From IMG/VR virus record IMGVR_UViG_2778261458_000002: DNA of 47,331 nucleotides; one strand, given 5' to 3'. Positions within the stretch are counted from its first letter, which is position 1. Every line of letters begins with the position of its first letter. Shown piece by piece: positions 44,282 through 47,331 of this stretch. This stretch comes from a virus (Duplodnaviria; Heunggongvirae; Uroviricota; Caudoviricetes). Made by a program: the position numbers and the translations under genes. The notes under the pieces are model-generated. The model saw only the letters and a program-made list of their open reading frames with translations. It searched no databases and was not told the origin of the DNA.

Positions 44282-47074
44282 ATGGCCAGCAATAAGAACT
44301 TTAAGCTGGCTTTTGAAATTGGCGGCAAAGTTGCCGCCTCTCTCCCCAAAAGTTTTACTACAGCTAATCAGGCTGTTGCTAAATTAAATGCCGAGCTTGC
44401 TGGATTAACGAAAGAACATGGGGAAATTCAAAAGCTACAATCTGTAAAAGTAAAGGTTGGACAGACTGCCCTCGAATATCATAAAGCTGCCGCTCGCGTT
44501 GAAGAGTTACAGAAGCAAATAAAAAACACGGCCAATCCAACCAGAGCGATGCTTCGTGACTTTGAGAAGGCAAAAACACATTCATCGAATTTACGAGCAT
44601 CACTACGTTCTCAGCGTGAAGAACTGGCCGCTTTAAAGTCTGCCTATCAGGGAGCTGATACATCTGCCAGAGCTTTGGCCTCAAGAGAGAAAGAACTTAA
44701 AGCCAGCATTGATCGTAATCGTGAGGCTCAGGCCCGTAGCGTTGAGCAGGTTAACCGCTACAGAACGGCTTTGGCTTTAGCCAGAGCAAATGTTCAGCAA
44801 GTGAAAAAACAGCAGGAGGAACTTAACCGGGCATTAGAAAAACAACGTATTGATAAAATTAACAGCTATAAAAATGCGTTGGCTGAAGCACGGAAAAATG
44901 TTCTTGCAGTAAAACGTGCTCAGGAGGAGTTAAACCGCGCGTTGGAAAGGCAGCGTGAATTGAAGCGAGAGCATCTTGGTGAGGCAAAGAGTCAACTTGT
45001 AAGGTCAGGATTACAAACTGGTGCTGTAGCGGCTGGTGCATTTGCTGCTGCTAACAATGCAGCAAATTTCAATCGTGAAAACAAAATGATTGGTCTTACG
45101 GCAGATATGAAGCCGGAAGAAGTTCAGGCGATGGGGCAGGCGATGCTTGTTACCGGAACGGCTACCAACCAGTTTGCATCTGATATTCAGGCCGCTCAGG
45201 GTTTTCTCGTCGCTGCTGGGCAGGATTATAAAGAGGCTCAGGCGAATCTACTAACTATTGGGCGAACAGCTACAGCTACTGGCTCTGATATCCTCGATGT
45301 CTCGAAAGCATCATTTACATTAAGTGACTCATTGAAGATTGATCCATCTCAAATGAAGTCTGCAATGGGGATTCTGGTTCAGGCAGGGAAAGAGGGAAAC
45401 TTTGAATTTAAAGATATGGCCAAAAATCTTCCTGTGCTTGGTGCCCAGTTCCAGGCATTAAAAATGGGAGGTAAAGAAGCCGCCGCGACGATGGGGGCAG
45501 CTTTGCAGATAGCTCGCAAAGGTGCTGCAACTTCGGATGAGGCTGCTAATAATATGAACAACTTTTTGGCGAAAATACTTTCCCCTGAAACGCTAAAAAA
45601 AGCAAAGAAAAATTTCGGTGTAGATTTATATAAAATTGTCACAACAGCGCAGAAAAAAGGGAAGAATCCATTCGAAGCTGCAATGCATTCTGTCATGAAA
45701 ATGACTAAGAACGGAGATCAGAAGTTACTTGGTGAGCTATTTGGCGATATGCAGGTTCAGAACTTTGTTCGTCCGATGATTCAAAACTGGAAGGAATACC
45801 AGAGAATCAAAGCAACATCTCTTGGTGCTGGAAGTGCTGTTATTGACCGCGATTTTGCCAACATAACGAAAGACAATGCGGAGCGATTGAAACAATTACG
45901 TATTCAGGCTAGCAATGCATCATTAAGTTTTGGTCAGGCCTTGCAACCTGCTTTGAATGCCGCGCTTAGTGTTTTGGTTCCGCTGATTACAAAAATTAGT
46001 GAATTTGTAGCTAACAACCCCAATTTTGTGTCTCAGATTGTGATGGCGGCAGGTGCGTTTCTAACCATGAAAAGTGTGGTTATAGCGTGTAGGGTAGCTA
46101 TGCTGGCTTTATCTGTAGCGACAAAGCTAACACCCTTCGGGTGGATTCAGATGGCTATATCTGCGCTGGTTGCCGCAGGAATATTGCTCTATCAGAACTG
46201 GGATAAGATCAGAGATTATGCTGTCAGAGTTTGGCCTTCTGTTAAGGAATATACAGTTAAATCGTTTGAAGCTATAAAAAACTTTATCTTAAACTTTGAT
46301 CTCAATGGATGGATTATATCTATGTTTGGTAAAGCATGGGATTATCTTTCCAACATAAACTGGAGTTCGGCAGGAGTAAGAATTTACAGTACATTAATTA
46401 GTGCTTTTAAATGGATGTCTCCGCTTCCGTTCTTAATTAAAGCATTTAAACTTACAACAAATTACCTTTCTGGCATTAACTGGAGCGAAACAGGAAAGAA
46501 AATCATAGATACACTGGTGTCTGTTTTTATGCGTTTTTCACCAGTTGGACTCTTTATAAGAGCATTCCAATCTGTAACGGCTTATTTATCTGGAATAAAC
46601 TGGAGTGAGTCAGGTGCAAAAATAATTGAGACGTTAATCACTGGGATAAAATCAAAAGCAAATGCTTTAATTAATGAAGTGAAAGGCGTTTTTTCTTCTG
46701 TACGTGAGTATTTACCGTTCTCTGACGCGAAAAAAGGTCCATTCACACAGCTAACAAAGTCAGGGGGGGCAATAATGACTACTCTGGCATCAGGTGTTAG
46801 CAGGAATAACAGCTTACAGAATGCAATAGCAACCAAGTTCGGGCAATCAAATTTATCACCTCACGGGATATCTGCCGCCGGGACTTCTGGAACTCGCCAG
46901 AACGTTAACGCTGTGACTGGTGGAATAACCTATTCACCTGTAATCAATCTTCCGACTGGTTCACCAAAGGAAACTGAGGCGGCAGCTAAAAGAGCATTAG
47001 ATGCGGGATATTCTGATTTTGAGAAGAAATTGAGTGCTCATATGTTCCAACAACGGAGATTAAGTTTTGGATGA
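44282..47074 (+). CDS. tail tape measure protein
   Basis: 930-aa ORF; coiled-coil-rich N-terminal third, hydrophobic central helices, repeated W-containing motifs (INWSSAG, INWSETG, INWSESG). Confidence 0.85.
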   Translation: MASNKNFKLAFEIGGKVAASLPKSFTTANQAVAKLNAELAGLTKEHGEIQKLQSVKVKVGQTALEYHKAAARVEELQKQIKNTANPTRAMLRDFEKAKTHSSNLRASLRSQREELAALKSAYQGADTSARALASREKELKASIDRNREAQARSVEQVNRYRTALALARANVQQVKKQQEELNRALEKQRIDKINSYKNALAEARKNVLAVKRAQEELNRALERQRELKREHLGEAKSQLVRSGLQTGAVAAGAFAAANNAANFNRENKMIGLTADMKPEEVQAMGQAMLVTGTATNQFASDIQAAQGFLVAAGQDYKEAQANLLTIGRTATATGSDILDVSKASFTLSDSLKIDPSQMKSAMGILVQAGKEGNFEFKDMAKNLPVLGAQFQALKMGGKEAAATMGAALQIARKGAATSDEAANNMNNFLAKILSPETLKKAKKNFGVDLYKIVTTAQKKGKNPFEAAMHSVMKMTKNGDQKLLGELFGDMQVQNFVRPMIQNWKEYQRIKATSLGAGSAVIDRDFANITKDNAERLKQLRIQASNASLSFGQALQPALNAALSVLVPLITKISEFVANNPNFVSQIVMAAGAFLTMKSVVIACRVAMLALSVATKLTPFGWIQMAISALVAAGILLYQNWDKIRDYAVRVWPSVKEYTVKSFEAIKNFILNFDLNGWIISMFGKAWDYLSNINWSSAGVRIYSTLISAFKWMSPLPFLIKAFKLTTNYLSGINWSETGKKIIDTLVSVFMRFSPVGLFIRAFQSVTAYLSGINWSESGAKIIETLITGIKSKANALINEVKGVFSSVREYLPFSDAKKGPFTQLTKSGGAIMTTLASGVSRNNSLQNAIATKFGQSNLSPHGISAAGTSGTRQNVNAVTGGITYSPVINLPTGSPKETEAAAKRALDAGYSDFEKKLSAHMFQQRRLSFG

Positions 47075-47077
47075 TTA

Positions 47078-47179
47078 TAGAACGGTTCAAGGGGACTCAT
47101 GGGATAGTATCGCGTTAAAGTTGTATGGTAATGAGTACCTGTCTTATCTTCTTATTGATGCTAATACTGAGCACTGAGA
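47078..47179 (+). pseudogene. truncated LysM-like tail protein X fragment
   Basis: Frame without start codon encodes RTVQGDSWDSIALKLYGNEYLSYLLIDAN then stop, resembling the N-terminal half of P2 gpX; an ATG at 47071 is in a different frame. Confidence 0.25.
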
Positions 47180-47331
47180 GATCCCCTCATAATTTCCCCA
47201 AAGCGTAACCATGTGTGAATAAATTTTGAGCTAGTAGGGTTGCAGCCACGAGTAAGTCTTCCCTTGTTATTGTGTAGCCAGAATGCCGCAAAACTTCCAT
47301 GCCTAAGCGAACTGTTGAGAGTACGTTTCGA

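Noticed and set aside
1-47331. Integrase, transposase or IS element
   Set aside because: No tyrosine or large serine recombinase or transposase-like ORF seen; the only recombinase is the small invertase tied to the fibre segment.

Overview
This window reads as a near-complete temperate phage that is maintained as a plasmid (phage-plasmid) from an enterobacterial host, not as ordinary chromosome. All calls are from reading the sequence and ORF translations by eye; no searches were run. It carries a contractile-tail baseplate and tail-fibre cluster (1-7.8 kb) ending in a Gin/Cin/Hin-type invertible fibre segment with its serine invertase, an IncFII-type RepA replicon with a DnaA-box origin, a HigBA-like toxin-antitoxin pair, a P1 immI-like antirepressor region, a ParA/ParG-like partition locus, a CI/LexA-like repressor with operator arrays, a lysis cassette, a tRNA(CAU), an orphan MT-A70 methyltransferase, and lambda-like packaging and head genes followed by sheath, tube, frameshifted chaperone and tape measure. 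No integrase is present. The most unusual signals are a promoter-plus-leader module present in three near-identical copies in front of unrelated genes, a family of AT-rich palindromic boxes shared between the partition locus and those modules, repressor-operator-like palindromes next to the repA control region, and a ParB-like / ParB-methyltransferase cluster with a paralogous ParB-like gene fused onto the terminase operon.
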